DNA of 60,242 nt from Eubacteriales bacterium (GCA_045617585.1 JAZLIW010000076.1:1-60242); one strand, 5' to 3'; positions 7,499 through 17,891 are shown, counted from the first letter of the stretch. Program-made: numbers and translations. The notes: generated by a model from the letters alone, not told the origin.

Positions 7499-9756
7499 CC
7501 TATATCGAAGAGATCCGCATCGTCCGCTTTGCCGGTCTGCGTGACCGGACGCTGACCCTCTCCTGCGGCGTGAACCTGATCATCGGCGGCAACGAATCGG
7601 GCAAAAGCACGACCGAGGCGTTTCTGACCTTCCTCTTTTACGGCTTCGCCGACAAGAACGAGCGGACGCGCTGGATGCCGCTCGACGGGGGCTCCTGCGA
7701 GGGCTCCTGCATCGTCGTCTGCGACGGGCAGAAATACCGCGTGGAGCGCAGAGCCGCGCCGGGCGGAAACGAGCGCCTTAACGTGATCGACCTTGCCTCC
7801 AGGGCACCGATCCCCGAGATCACGAAGCCGGGCGATTTCTTCTTCGGCGTTCCGCGCGATATCTTTACCGGAACGGCGCGGATCAGCCAGTCCGACGTCT
7901 CCACCCTTGACACGCGCATGGGAGAGGCGGTCGACAATATGCTGTTTTCCGCCGACGAGCACGTCAACGTTCCCCGCGCGCTGAAAAAGCTGGACGACGT
8001 CCGCACCTCTCTCTGGTACAAGAACAAAAAGGGCGGGCGGATCTACGACAACGAAAAGCGGCTGGAAGAGCTGCAGGAGCGCTTTGAGGCCGCCTCCGAG
8101 AAGCAGGCGGGTATCATCGATACCGAGGGACGGCTCGCGGACACGCTGGAGCAGAAGGAAGCGACCGAGCAGAAGCTCGCCGTCCTCGCCGTCCGCATCC
8201 GCACGGGAGAGCTGTTACAGTGCCGTGCCAAGCAGGCGGAGGTGGAAAAATGGAAGCGGGAACGCGCAGACAGCCGGACCCGCGTGGAAGCGATCCTCTC
8301 CGAATTCCCGGAGGGGGACGGAAGGATCCGCCCCGACCGCTCCTTCCTTGAACGCGTCCGCGGAGAACGGATGAAGATCGACGGGCTGGAACGCGACCGC
8401 CGTGCCGTGGAGGACCGTCTCCACGCCATCATGAACGGGACCGACCGTCAGGCTGCGGCAAGAGCCAAATTCCCCGACCTCGTCCGTGACATCGGCGGAA
8501 CACTGAAGGTCAGCGAGCACGTGACCTCTCTCTCCGAGCGGGAGAAAAAGACGGGCAAGCTTGCAAAGCTCCTTCTGATCGCCGCGGCAGTGCTCCTCCT
8601 CGTCGGCGTCCTCCTTCTGATCCTGCCGCGTACCCCGCTTCTTCTCGGGCTCGGGATCGGCGGTCTGGTGCTCGGTGCCGGGCTTCTCGCCTTCTCGGTC
8701 CGTGAATTTCTCCTTTCCCGGCGTGCCGGAAAAGAGGAGGCGGACTTCATCGCCTCCTTCGGCGCGGACAGCCGGGAGGAACTGATCCGCTGGATGGACC
8801 GCATCTCGCAGTCCGGGCAGCAGCAGACCGATCTTTCCCCCGCGGAGCAGCTCCGCCTCGACCGTTCCGAGCTGTTTGAAGCGGCGGACGAGCACCGCGA
8901 GATCCTCGACGGGCTTTGCCGTTCCGTCGGCTGCGCCTCCGCTGAGGAGACCGAAAAGCGCGTCGCGGATTTCCTCGACCGTATGAACGGGGCGACCGCA
9001 GACTACAACCGTCTGGACGCGCTCATCACGTCGACCGAGGAAATGCTGCGGGACGACGTCGAGCGCTTCGAGGGGAAGGAACCCGAGGTCGAGCTCCCGA
9101 AGAACTTCGATCTGAAGGAAGCGCGCCGTGCCGAGGACTTCGAGAAGAAGCGTCTGAGCGTCCTGACCGAAAGGCTCCACAGTCTGGAGCTGAAGCGCAC
9201 CGAGCTCCGCGCCACCGCCGAGCCCTCCGCGCCGCTCTACGACCGCGTGATAGAGACCAGAAAGCAGCTTGAAAAAGACAGAGAAAGCTTTGCCGCCTAC
9301 GAGCTCGCGCGGGACGCGCTGTCCGGTGCCTCGGACGATCTGCGCAAAATGATCTCCCCCCTGCTCTCCGCCAAGGCAAGCGAAAACATGAAATTCTTCT
9401 CCGACGGGAAGTACGATTCCCTCGGCGTTTCCTCCGATTTCGGTCTTTCCTTCGACACCCTGACCGAAAACGGCGGAAAAATGTCCGCGGACTCGGTCTA
9501 TATGTCGCAGGCAACGCGTGACGGTGCGTATCTCTCCCTCCGCGTCGCGCTGCTGGACCTCGTCTGCCGCGGCTCGGACAAGCGCCCGCCCTTCTTATTC
9601 GACGAGGCGCTGGTCTTCTTCGACGAAGCGCGTCTGCGCGCGGCGCTCCGCCTTCTCTCCTCCCTCTCTCCCCGGATCCAGACCGTTCTGTTCTCCTCCT
9701 CCGACCGCGAAAAACGGGCGCTCGGTGAGACAGACGCGACCGTGATCTATCTGTAA
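7495..9756 (+). CDS. YhaN-like SMC/Rad50-type ATPase with central transmembrane hairpin
   Basis: N-terminal Walker A GGNESGKST, long coiled coils, two hydrophobic helices mid-protein, C-terminal YLSLR...PFLFDE Walker B. Confidence 0.8.
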   Translation: MTYIEEIRIVRFAGLRDRTLTLSCGVNLIIGGNESGKSTTEAFLTFLFYGFADKNERTRWMPLDGGSCEGSCIVVCDGQKYRVERRAAPGGNERLNVIDLASRAPIPEITKPGDFFFGVPRDIFTGTARISQSDVSTLDTRMGEAVDNMLFSADEHVNVPRALKKLDDVRTSLWYKNKKGGRIYDNEKRLEELQERFEAASEKQAGIIDTEGRLADTLEQKEATEQKLAVLAVRIRTGELLQCRAKQAEVEKWKRERADSRTRVEAILSEFPEGDGRIRPDRSFLERVRGERMKIDGLERDRRAVEDRLHAIMNGTDRQAAARAKFPDLVRDIGGTLKVSEHVTSLSEREKKTGKLAKLLLIAAAVLLLVGVLLLILPRTPLLLGLGIGGLVLGAGLLAFSVREFLLSRRAGKEEADFIASFGADSREELIRWMDRISQSGQQQTDLSPAEQLRLDRSELFEAADEHREILDGLCRSVGCASAEETEKRVADFLDRMNGATADYNRLDALITSTEEMLRDDVERFEGKEPEVELPKNFDLKEARRAEDFEKKRLSVLTERLHSLELKRTELRATAEPSAPLYDRVIETRKQLEKDRESFAAYELARDALSGASDDLRKMISPLLSAKASENMKFFSDGKYDSLGVSSDFGLSFDTLTENGGKMSADSVYMSQATRDGAYLSLRVALLDLVCRGSDKRPPFLFDEALVFFDEARLRAALRLLSSLSPRIQTVLFSSSDREKRALGETDATVIYL

Positions 9757-9795
9757 GCGGGCGCCGTCCCTCCGATCCCGATGAAAGGACACCGC

Positions 9796-10458
9796 ATGGG
9801 AATGACACCGAAAGCAAAAACGATCGTTGAAACGCTGAAGGAGCGCTATCCGGACGCGGAATGCTCCCTTACGTACGGCGGTGATCCGTGGCGGCTGCTG
9901 ATCATGGCACGCCTTTCCGCCCAATGCACCGACGCGAGGGTCAATATCGTATGTGAGACCCTGTTTGAAAAATATCCAACCGCCGCGGACATGGCAGCGG
10001 GACGGCAGGACGAGATCGAAGCGATCGTCCGCCCCTGCGGACTGTTCCGCACCAAGGCTGCCTCGATCCGGGAGATCAGCGTTCTCCTCACCGAAAAGTA
10101 CGGCGGAAAGGTCCCTTCCGATATGGACGAGCTCCTTTCCCTGCCCGGCGTCGGCAGAAAGATCGCCAATCTGATCCGCGGTGACGTGTTCGGTCTTCCC
10201 GCCGTCGTCACCGATACCCACTGCATCCGCATCGCCGGACGGCTCGGCTTCTATCCCGAGGAGGAAAAGAGCCCGGAAAAAGCGGAGCGCGTCCTCTGTG
10301 CCGCGATCGACCCGGAGGAGCAATCCGACTTCTGTCACCGCCTCGTCCTCTTCGGCAGGGAGATCTGCACCGCACGCTCCCCGCGCTGCGGCGACTGTCC
10401 CCTTTCCCCGTTCTGTGCACACCGTTCTGCCGGAAACCCCGAAAAAGCGAAGGAATAA
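9796..10458 (+). CDS. nth: Endonuclease III
   Basis: LSAQCTDARVN, HhH motif LPGVGRKIAN, VTDTH, 4Fe-4S motif CTARSPRCGDCPLSPFC. Confidence 0.95.
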   Translation: MGMTPKAKTIVETLKERYPDAECSLTYGGDPWRLLIMARLSAQCTDARVNIVCETLFEKYPTAADMAAGRQDEIEAIVRPCGLFRTKAASIREISVLLTEKYGGKVPSDMDELLSLPGVGRKIANLIRGDVFGLPAVVTDTHCIRIAGRLGFYPEEEKSPEKAERVLCAAIDPEEQSDFCHRLVLFGREICTARSPRCGDCPLSPFCAHRSAGNPEKAKE

Positions 10459-10501
10459 ATGCAAATTTTTTATGAAACCCGTTGTTTTTTCGTGCGGAAG
10501 A

Positions 10502-10536
10502 TGGTATAATTGAGGTTGTGCAAATCTGCGTTTGCA
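10502..10536 (+). promoter_or_regulatory. Extended -10 promoter of PFOR with downstream palindrome
   Basis: TGgTATAAT at 10502-10510; TGCAAA-N6-TTTGCA at 10519-10536. Confidence 0.55.
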
Positions 10537-10579
10537 TTTTTGTTCATTTGTTAAATTTTTTCAGGAGGATATATCGTCA

Positions 10580-13500
10580 ATGGAAAGAAAAAAGCTGTCC
10601 ATGGATGGCAACACAGCGGCCGCTACCGTATCGTACGCGTTCACTGACGTTGCCGCTATCTACCCCATTACGCCTTCCAGCGTGATGGCAGAGCTGACCG
10701 ACTCCTGGTCCGCAACCGGCCTCAAGAACATTTTCGGTGATACCGTCAAGGTCATCGAGATGCAGTCCGAGGCAGGTGCCGCCGGTGCCGTTCACGGTTC
10801 CCTCGCAGCAGGCGCGCTGACCACGACCTTCACGGCGTCTCAGGGTCTGCTCCTCATGATCCCCAATATGTACAAGATCGCCGGTGAGCTCCTTCCCTGC
10901 GTAATCCACGTCTCCGCCCGCTGCGTCGCGTCCCACGCGCTGAACATCTTCGGCGACCACTCCGACGTCTACGCGTGCCGTCAGACCGGTTTCGCCATGA
11001 TGGCGGAATCCAACCCGCAGGAGGTCATGGACCTCGGTGCCGTCGCACATCTCTCCACCATCAAGGGCAGAGTCCCGGTTATCAACTTCTTCGACGGCTT
11101 CCGTACCTCTCATGAGATCCAGAAGATCGAGGTCTGGGATTACGAGGATCTGAACGAGATGGTCGACAAGGACGCCATCGAAGCGTTCCGCAACCACTCC
11201 CTCAACCCCGAGCATCCGATCCTGAAGGGCTCCGCCGAAAACGGCGATATCTTCTTCCAGCACCGTGAGGCCTGCAACCGTTACTACGACGCTTTCCCGT
11301 CCATCGTCGAAAGCTATATGGACAAGGTCAACGCCAAGCTCGGCACGAACTACAAGCTCTTCAACTACTACGGCGCGCCGGACGCTGACCGCGTCATCGT
11401 TGCGATGGGCTCCATCTGCGATGTGACCGAGGAAGTCATCGACTATATGAACGCGCACGGTGGGAAGGTCGGTCTGGTCAAGGTCCGTCTCTACCGTCCT
11501 TTCGTCGCTTCCAAGCTCATTGAAGCGATCCCCGCCACCGCAAAGAAGATCGCGGTCCTCGACCGCACCAAGGAACCCGGCTCCCTCGGCGAACCGCTTT
11601 ACCTCGACGTCGTCACCGCGCTCGCTACGAACGGTGTCAGCGGCGTGAAGGTCGTCGGCGGCAGATACGGCCTCGGCTCCAAGGATACGCCTCCGTCCTC
11701 CGTCTTCGCGGTCTACGAGAACCTTGCCGCTGACGAGCCCAAGAACGGCTTCACCATCGGCATCGTCGACGACGTGACCGGTCTCTCCCTCGAGGAGAAG
11801 CCCGCTCCCGATACCGCTGCGAAGGGCACCATCTCCTGCAAGTTCTGGGGTCTGGGCGGCGACGGTACCGTCGGCGCGAACAAGAACTCCATCAAGATCA
11901 TCGGCGACCATACCGATAAGTTCATTCAGGCTTACTTCCAGTACGACTCCAAGAAGACCGGCGGCGTCACCATTTCCCATCTGCGCTTCGGTGACAACCC
12001 CATCAAGAGCCCGTACTATATCACCAAGGCCGACTTCGTTGCCTGCCACAACCCCTCCTATATCAAGAAGGGCTACAAGATCGTCAACGACGTCAAGCCG
12101 GGCGGAACCTTCCTCCTGAACTGCCAGTGGACGCCCGAGGAGCTGGAGAACCACCTCCCCGCGGAAGTCAAGGCTTATATCGCCAAGAACGATATCAAGT
12201 TCTATACCGTCAACGCGATCGACAAGGCGCGTGAGATCGGTATGGGCAGGCGCACCAACACCATCCTTCAGTCCGCCTTCTTTGCTCTGGCAAACATCAT
12301 GCCGATCGCGGAAGCCGTTGACTATATGAAGTATATGGCGAAGAAGTCCTACCTGAAGAAGGGCGAGGACGTAGTCCAGATGAACTACAACGCCATCGAC
12401 GCCGGTGTCGACGCGATCGTCAAGATCGACGTTCCCGCCGCCTGGGCGGACCTCGACGTCGAAAAGAAGGATGAAACGGTCGACGGCAGCCGTGAAGACC
12501 TCGTCAAGTTCGTCAAGGAGATCGTTCTCCCCGTCGAAAAGATGCAGGGTGACGCGCTTCCCGTCTCCGCATTCACCGATCACGTGGACGGTTGCTTCCC
12601 GCAGGGCGCTGCCGCATACGAAAAGCGCGGCGTCGCGGTCGACGTTCCTGCCTGGAACCCCGCGACCTGCATCCAGTGCAACAACTGCGCGTTCGTCTGC
12701 CCGCACGCTGCAATCCGTCCCTTCGCCATGACCGAGGAAGAGGCTGCCGCTGCTCCCGCTTCCACCAAGTTCACCGCGAAGCCGGTCATCAAGACCAACT
12801 ATAAGTTCACGATGGCGATCTCCCCGCTCGACTGCATGGGCTGCACGCTCTGCGTCAAGGCCTGCCCCGTCACCGCAAAAGCGATCAAGGACGGCAAACC
12901 CGAGAACGCCCCGCTCGCCATGGTCTCTCAGGAAAGCCAGCTCGACCAGCAGGCAGCCTTTGATTACGCCGTCAAGAGCGTGTCCGAGAAGAAGGACATC
13001 ATCAACGGCACCGTCAAGGGCAGCCAGTTCAAGCAGCCGCTGCTTGAGTTCTCCGGTTCCTGCGCAGGCTGCGCCGAGACCTCTTACGCGCGTCTGATCA
13101 CCCAGCTCTTCGGTGAGAGAATGTATATCTCCAACGCGACCGGATGCTCCTCCATCTGGCGGCTCCGCTCCCGCTACGCCTTACACCGTCAACCGCGAAA
13201 CCGGCAAGGGTCCCGCCTGGGCGAACTCCCTGTTCGAGGACAACGCGGAGCACGGTCTCGGCATTGTGCTCGGTCAGAAGGCGATCCGTGACAGACTGAA
13301 GGGCAAGGTCGAGGCGCTCATCGCCGGCGACGCTCCCGAAGCCGTCAAGGAAGCCGGAAAGAATTGGCTCGACACCTATAACGACAACAAACTGAACGCT
13401 GCCGCTGCCGACGCCCTCATCGCTGCGCTCGAAGCCTGCGGCTGCTGCAAGGCAAAAGAGATCCTCGCCGAAAAGAGCTACCTCGCCAAGAAGTCCATCT

Positions 13501-14162
13501 GGATCTTCGGCGGTGACGGCTGGGCTTACGACATCGGCTTCGGCGGTCTGGACCACGTCATCGCTTCCGGTGAAGACGTCAACATCATGGTCTTCGATAC
13601 CGAAGTTTACTCCAACACCGGCGGACAGGCTTCCAAGGCATCCCAGATCGGTCAGGTCGCACAGTTCGCGGCTGCCGGTAAGGTCATGAACAAGAAGAAC
13701 CTCGCCGAGATCGCTATGTCCTACGGTTACGTCTACGTCGCACAGATCGCGATGGGTGCCGATATGAACCAGACCCTGAAGGCTCTGCAGGAAGCGGAAG
13801 CTTATCCCGGACCCTCCATCGTCATCGGCTACGCGCCCTGCGAAATGCACGGCCTCAAGGGCGGCATGACCAACTGCCAGTCCGAGATGAAGAAAGCGGT
13901 CGAAGCCGGTTACTGGCAGATGTTCCGCTTCAATCCCGCACTCAAGGCAGAGGGCAAGAACCCGCTGACCATCGACAGCAAGGCGCCCTCCGCGTCCTAC
14001 GTCGACTTCATCAAGTCCGAGACCCGTTACAGCCGTCTCGTCGGTGCCTTCCCCGAGAGAGCCGAACAGCTCTTCACCAAGGCTGACGCCGCCGCGAAGG
14101 AAAAGTACGAGCGTCTTCTCAAGATGGGCGAGCTCTACGCTCCCAAGACGGACGATCAGTAA
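10580..14162 (+). CDS. nifJ: Pyruvate:ferredoxin (flavodoxin) oxidoreductase, frameshifted near 13158
   Basis: YPITPSS, EMQSEAGAAG, CIQCNNCAFVCP, EFSGSCAGC, GGDGWAYDIGFGG; the two ORFs join at SSIW/GGSAP, where two G appear to be missing. Confidence 0.95.
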
Positions 14163-14181
14163 TCTCCTCCCTCCCGAAAAC

Positions 14182-14254
14182 ATCCTTCCGCCGCACGTCC
14201 GTGCGGCGGAAGGATCAGCCGACAAAACCCGTCTTGCGAAAAGACGGGTTTTGT
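14182..14254 (+). terminator. Tandem hairpins/terminator after PFOR
   Basis: 15-bp perfect IR at 14182-14215, then ACAAAACCCGTCTT/AAGACGGGTTTTGT at 14222-14254 followed by a T run. Confidence 0.8.
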
Positions 14255-14407
14255 TTTTCTTCGCAGTCGGTTTTCCTTCTGCCGTCCGGTCCGACCGCTT
14301 TTTCCCCACATATCTGCTGTTCAGCACCATTCGTCCGGTTTTTCCGGGAAAAAGATCCGCTTGAGCACGTTTTTTTCGGATATTTCAAAATAAAACGAAA
14401 AAAGCCG

Positions 14408-14436
14408 TGACAAACTCCGCTTTATTCTGTCATATA
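14408..14436 (+). promoter_or_regulatory. Putative ECF promoter or operator
   Basis: TGACA...GTCATATA just upstream of the ECF gene; TGACA/TGTCA is also an inverted repeat. Confidence 0.35.
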
Positions 14437-14463
14437 TCTGTGAAGGGGAAAGGAGGAAACGTA

Positions 14464-15021
14464 ATGGAAGACAATGAGATCATCGAGGCGTATTTCAGGC
14501 GTGACGAAAGCGCGATCTCGGAAACGAAGATCAAATACGGCGCACACCTGAACAACCTCGCTTTCAATATCGTAAAAAACCGCGAGGACGCCGAAGAATG
14601 CGTCAGCGACACCTACGTGAAGGCGTGGAACAGCATCCCGCCGGCGAAGCCCGCGCATTTCTGCTCGTGGCTCGTCCGCGTGACGCGCAACCTCTGTCTG
14701 AACCGGATCGAGGAAAAAAAGCAGGGGAAGCGGAATGCCGAAACGGTTTCCCTTTCCGAGGAGCTTGCGGAATGCCTCGTTTCTCCGGACAGCGTGGAAC
14801 GGAGCCTTGACGACAGGACCGCGGCAAGCGTGATTGACGGATATCTCGATTCCTGCGACAAGGTCAGCCGCTTCGCCTTCGTCCGCCGCTATTTCTTCGG
14901 CGACGATTACGCGCAGATCGCCCGTTATACCGGAAAATCGAAAGCAGCGATCCGCACGCTTTTATACAGGATGCGCGGAGAACTGCGGGAACTGTTGATC
15001 AAGGAGGGGCTGAACACATGA
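14464..15021 (+). CDS. ECF sigma-70 factor
   Basis: DAEECVSDTYVKAW, WLVRVTRN, region 4 FVRRYFFGDDYAQIA..TLLYRMR; RBS AAAGGAGG before ATG 14464. Confidence 0.92.
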   Translation: MEDNEIIEAYFRRDESAISETKIKYGAHLNNLAFNIVKNREDAEECVSDTYVKAWNSIPPAKPAHFCSWLVRVTRNLCLNRIEEKKQGKRNAETVSLSEELAECLVSPDSVERSLDDRTAASVIDGYLDSCDKVSRFAFVRRYFFGDDYAQIARYTGKSKAAIRTLLYRMRGELRELLIKEGLNT

Positions 15022-17891
15022 AAAATGAAAATCATCCCGCGGGAATGATCCTGCTCCGCCAAATCGGCGGCATTTCGGACCGCCACGTCGAGGAGGCGCT
15101 GACCTACGTGCCGGTCGTACCGCTCCGGAAGACGATCCTGCAATGGGGCGGGATCGCCGCCGCGTTCGCCCTGATCATCGCCGAAGTGGCAGTCGTCGGT
15201 CCGATGCTGGCAAGAAACCACGGCGTGATCCCGGCGGACAGTGAAACGACGGCTGAAACGGCGGAGGAGACCGCACCCGGAACCGAACCCATGACCGACG
15301 CGGAAACCGAACCGGAGACCGAGCCCGGAACCGAAGCGGTGACCGACGCGGAAATCGTGCCGGATACCGCGCCCGAAACCGAGCCCGTTGGACCGGAAAT
15401 CGAACCGATCACGGAACCCGTAACGGAACCGGAGACCGAACCCGAAACGGAGCCCGAAACGGAACCGGAGACCGAGCCTGAAACGGAACCCGTGAAGGTG
15501 CCCGAGACCGAGCCTGAAACGGAGCCGGAAACAGAACCCGAAACCGAGCCTGAAACGGAACCCGGAACCGAACACGAGACGGGACCCGTGATAGACCCCC
15601 TGAGCGGAGCAGTCCTGCTCGAAACAGACGGAACGTTTTATTATATCCTCGCTGACGACGGCAGATCCTACGAGCTGCGGCTCGGGAAAAACGTGAGAGG
15701 GGACACGGTCACCCTGCCCTCCTCCTTCCACGGTCTTCCCGTCACCGCCTTCCGCTCCATCGAATCCTGCGATTTTCGCTGCAGACTTGAGGGAGAATTC
15801 ACGGTGAAAAATTGCGACTTCGCCTGCTGGATGAACAGCTCCTTCCGAAAGCTCGTGATCCCGGAGGGATACAAGTCGCTCGACGCCTCCTGCCTTCTCG
15901 AAATTGACGGTCTGGAGGAGGTCGTCCTGCCCGACAGCGTGACCGAAATCCCCGACAGATTTTTGTTTACGGGCTTTACCTCGCTGAAAAAGATCACCTT
16001 CGGAAAAAATCTGACCCGCATCGGCGCGGAAGCCTTCAGTGGCTGTTCTGAGCTGACGGAGGTCAATTTTCCCTCCTCCCTGAAGGAGATCGGAGACGAA
16101 GCCTTTTACCATACCGGGCTGACCTCGGTCCGCGTTCCGAAGCTTGAAACATTCGGCAGAAGCGTATTTGCCAACTGTTTCTCGCTGAGCAGCGTGACCT
16201 TTGCAGACGGCACGGCCGAAATTCCTCCCGAGACGTTTCGGTACTCTTTCCTTACTTCCGTCTCCCTCCCCAAGGGTCTGAAAAAGATCGGTGACCGCGC
16301 GTTTGAATTCACCGGACTGACATCGGTTTTTCTCCCGGATTCTGTCACCGAAATCGGCATCTCGGCGTTTGCGCACTGCACGTTCCTGACCTCCGTCGAT
16401 TTCCCCTCCTCCCTCAAGGAGATCGGGGACAAAGCCTTCCAGGGTGCCGGGCTGACCTCGGTCCGCGTTCCGAAGCTTGAAACGTTCGGCAGAAACGTAT
16501 TCGACAGCTGCTCCTCGCTGAACAGCGTGACCTTTGCAGACGGCACGACTGAAATTCCTCCCGAGACGTTTCTGCACTCTTCCCTGACCGCCGTCTCCTT
16601 CCCCGCGGGGCTGCAAAGGATCGGCGACAGCGCGTTTGGATCCACCGGACTGACCTCGGTTTCTCTCCCGGATTCGGTCACCGAAATCGGCACCTCGGCG
16701 TTTATGAATTGCACGTTCCTGACCTCCGTCGATTTCGGAAAGGGTCTGACAACGATCGGCGCGCAGGCGTTTCGGGACTGTACGTCCCTGACCTCGGCAC
16801 CCCTGCCTCCTTCGATCCGTTCGATCGGCGATCACGCCTTCAGCAATACCGCGCTGACCTCTGTCACGGTGCCGGAGAGTGCCGCGCTTTCCGACGGCGT
16901 TTTTGAGAACGCGAAGGTGAAAACGGCATCCCTGCCCGGATCGCTGACCGTGATCCCGCCGTATCTCTTCCGGAGCTGCCCGCTCACCGCGGTGACCGTC
17001 TCTTCGGAGCTGGCGGAGATCGGCGAATACGCCTTTCAGAATACCCGTCTCACCTCGTTCGATTTCCCGGTCAGCATCAGGAAGATCGGAACGGCGGCAT
17101 TTGAATTCAGCCGTCTGACTGAGGTCCGGCTGACGGTCGGAGGATCCGGCGGGAAAGTTTCGGACCTCGCGTTTGCGGGGAACCCCCTCTCCTTCGTCTT
17201 CCTCGACTGCGGACCGGACGTCGGCTTCGGTTCCGGCGTGTTCGCCGACTGCGGAAAACTGCGCGTCGGATTCGGAAAGTCCCTGCCGTCCTCCGATGCC
17301 CTGAAAGCGATGTTCCGGTTCCGCGCTTCCTCCGATCCGGGATCGACCGAGATCACGGAAATATCGATCGATCCGGAAAACGCGCGGTTCAGCGTTGAGA
17401 ACGGGCAGCTCTGTGAAAACGGCTCGCTGTACTGGGATCCCGCGTCGGTCACGGATATCAGTGGCGTCGTCGCCAAGTTGTACGTAAACGGAAGAAATAT
17501 CGCTCCCGGTCATTACGTAGCCGTAAACGACCAGCTCCAATACGCAATGCTCCCGCTGACGGCGATCTTTGAGGCATGCGGGGCGGAGGTGACCCGGATC
17601 GACGAAACGACCGAAAAGATCGTTTACAAAGGATGGGAACTTCTCCTGAACAGAGCCAACGGCACGATGACCGAGGCCGGCGGTACGGTCAATCTTCTTT
17701 CCGTTGCCCCCGGTTCTGATCACGGAACGGTTTATAAGATCGTGAACGACGAATTCATCGTTGACAGCGACTCGGCGGAAGGTCTCCTCTTCAGCGTGCT
17801 CGGCAAACGGTTCACCGTATATTATGCTGCGCATAACGTCTCGTTTTATGACGTCGCGTCTTACTCGCGAACGGGTAACGGATCCTACTGA
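15018..17891 (+). CDS. Membrane-anchored BspA-type leucine-rich-repeat protein; putative anti-sigma factor/sensor
   Basis: ATGA overlap with the sigma gene; short N-terminal IGGISDRHVEEA segment, one TM, (EPET)n stalk, many LPxSVTEIGxxAF repeats, C-terminal MLPLTAIFEACGAEV stalk-like domain. Confidence 0.85.
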   Translation: MKNENHPAGMILLRQIGGISDRHVEEALTYVPVVPLRKTILQWGGIAAAFALIIAEVAVVGPMLARNHGVIPADSETTAETAEETAPGTEPMTDAETEPETEPGTEAVTDAEIVPDTAPETEPVGPEIEPITEPVTEPETEPETEPETEPETEPETEPVKVPETEPETEPETEPETEPETEPGTEHETGPVIDPLSGAVLLETDGTFYYILADDGRSYELRLGKNVRGDTVTLPSSFHGLPVTAFRSIESCDFRCRLEGEFTVKNCDFACWMNSSFRKLVIPEGYKSLDASCLLEIDGLEEVVLPDSVTEIPDRFLFTGFTSLKKITFGKNLTRIGAEAFSGCSELTEVNFPSSLKEIGDEAFYHTGLTSVRVPKLETFGRSVFANCFSLSSVTFADGTAEIPPETFRYSFLTSVSLPKGLKKIGDRAFEFTGLTSVFLPDSVTEIGISAFAHCTFLTSVDFPSSLKEIGDKAFQGAGLTSVRVPKLETFGRNVFDSCSSLNSVTFADGTTEIPPETFLHSSLTAVSFPAGLQRIGDSAFGSTGLTSVSLPDSVTEIGTSAFMNCTFLTSVDFGKGLTTIGAQAFRDCTSLTSAPLPPSIRSIGDHAFSNTALTSVTVPESAALSDGVFENAKVKTASLPGSLTVIPPYLFRSCPLTAVTVSSELAEIGEYAFQNTRLTSFDFPVSIRKIGTAAFEFSRLTEVRLTVGGSGGKVSDLAFAGNPLSFVFLDCGPDVGFGSGVFADCGKLRVGFGKSLPSSDALKAMFRFRASSDPGSTEITEISIDPENARFSVENGQLCENGSLYWDPASVTDISGVVAKLYVNGRNIAPGHYVAVNDQLQYAMLPLTAIFEACGAEVTRIDETTEKIVYKGWELLLNRANGTMTEAGGTVNLLSVAPGSDHGTVYKIVNDEFIVDSDSAEGLLFSVLGKRFTVYYAAHNVSFYDVASYSRTGNGSY
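15420..15575 (+). repeat. 12-bp coding tandem repeats (EPET linker)
   Basis: Degenerate GAACCGGAGACC/GAGCCTGAAACG units encoding EPET repeats. Confidence 0.85.
16068..16733 (+). repeat. 333-bp (111-aa) tandem duplication within the LRR array
   Basis: 16068-16400 and 16401-16733 share long identical stretches such as CCGGGCTGACCTCGGTCCGCGTTCCGAAGCTTGAAAC. Confidence 0.85.

Noticed and set aside
13113-14162. Separate PFOR beta-subunit gene or programmed frameshift
   Set aside because: The break falls inside the conserved SSIWGG motif, the second ORF's first residues are out-of-frame sequence, and there is no slippery heptamer.
15420-15575. Short tandem repeats as a possible CRISPR array
   Set aside because: They are degenerate in-frame 12-bp units encoding EPET, with no unique spacers and no cas genes.
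16068-16733. Duplicated LRR segment as a DGR template/variable repeat pair
   Set aside because: Differences are not adenine-specific, both copies are in-frame coding sequence, and no reverse transcriptase is in the window.
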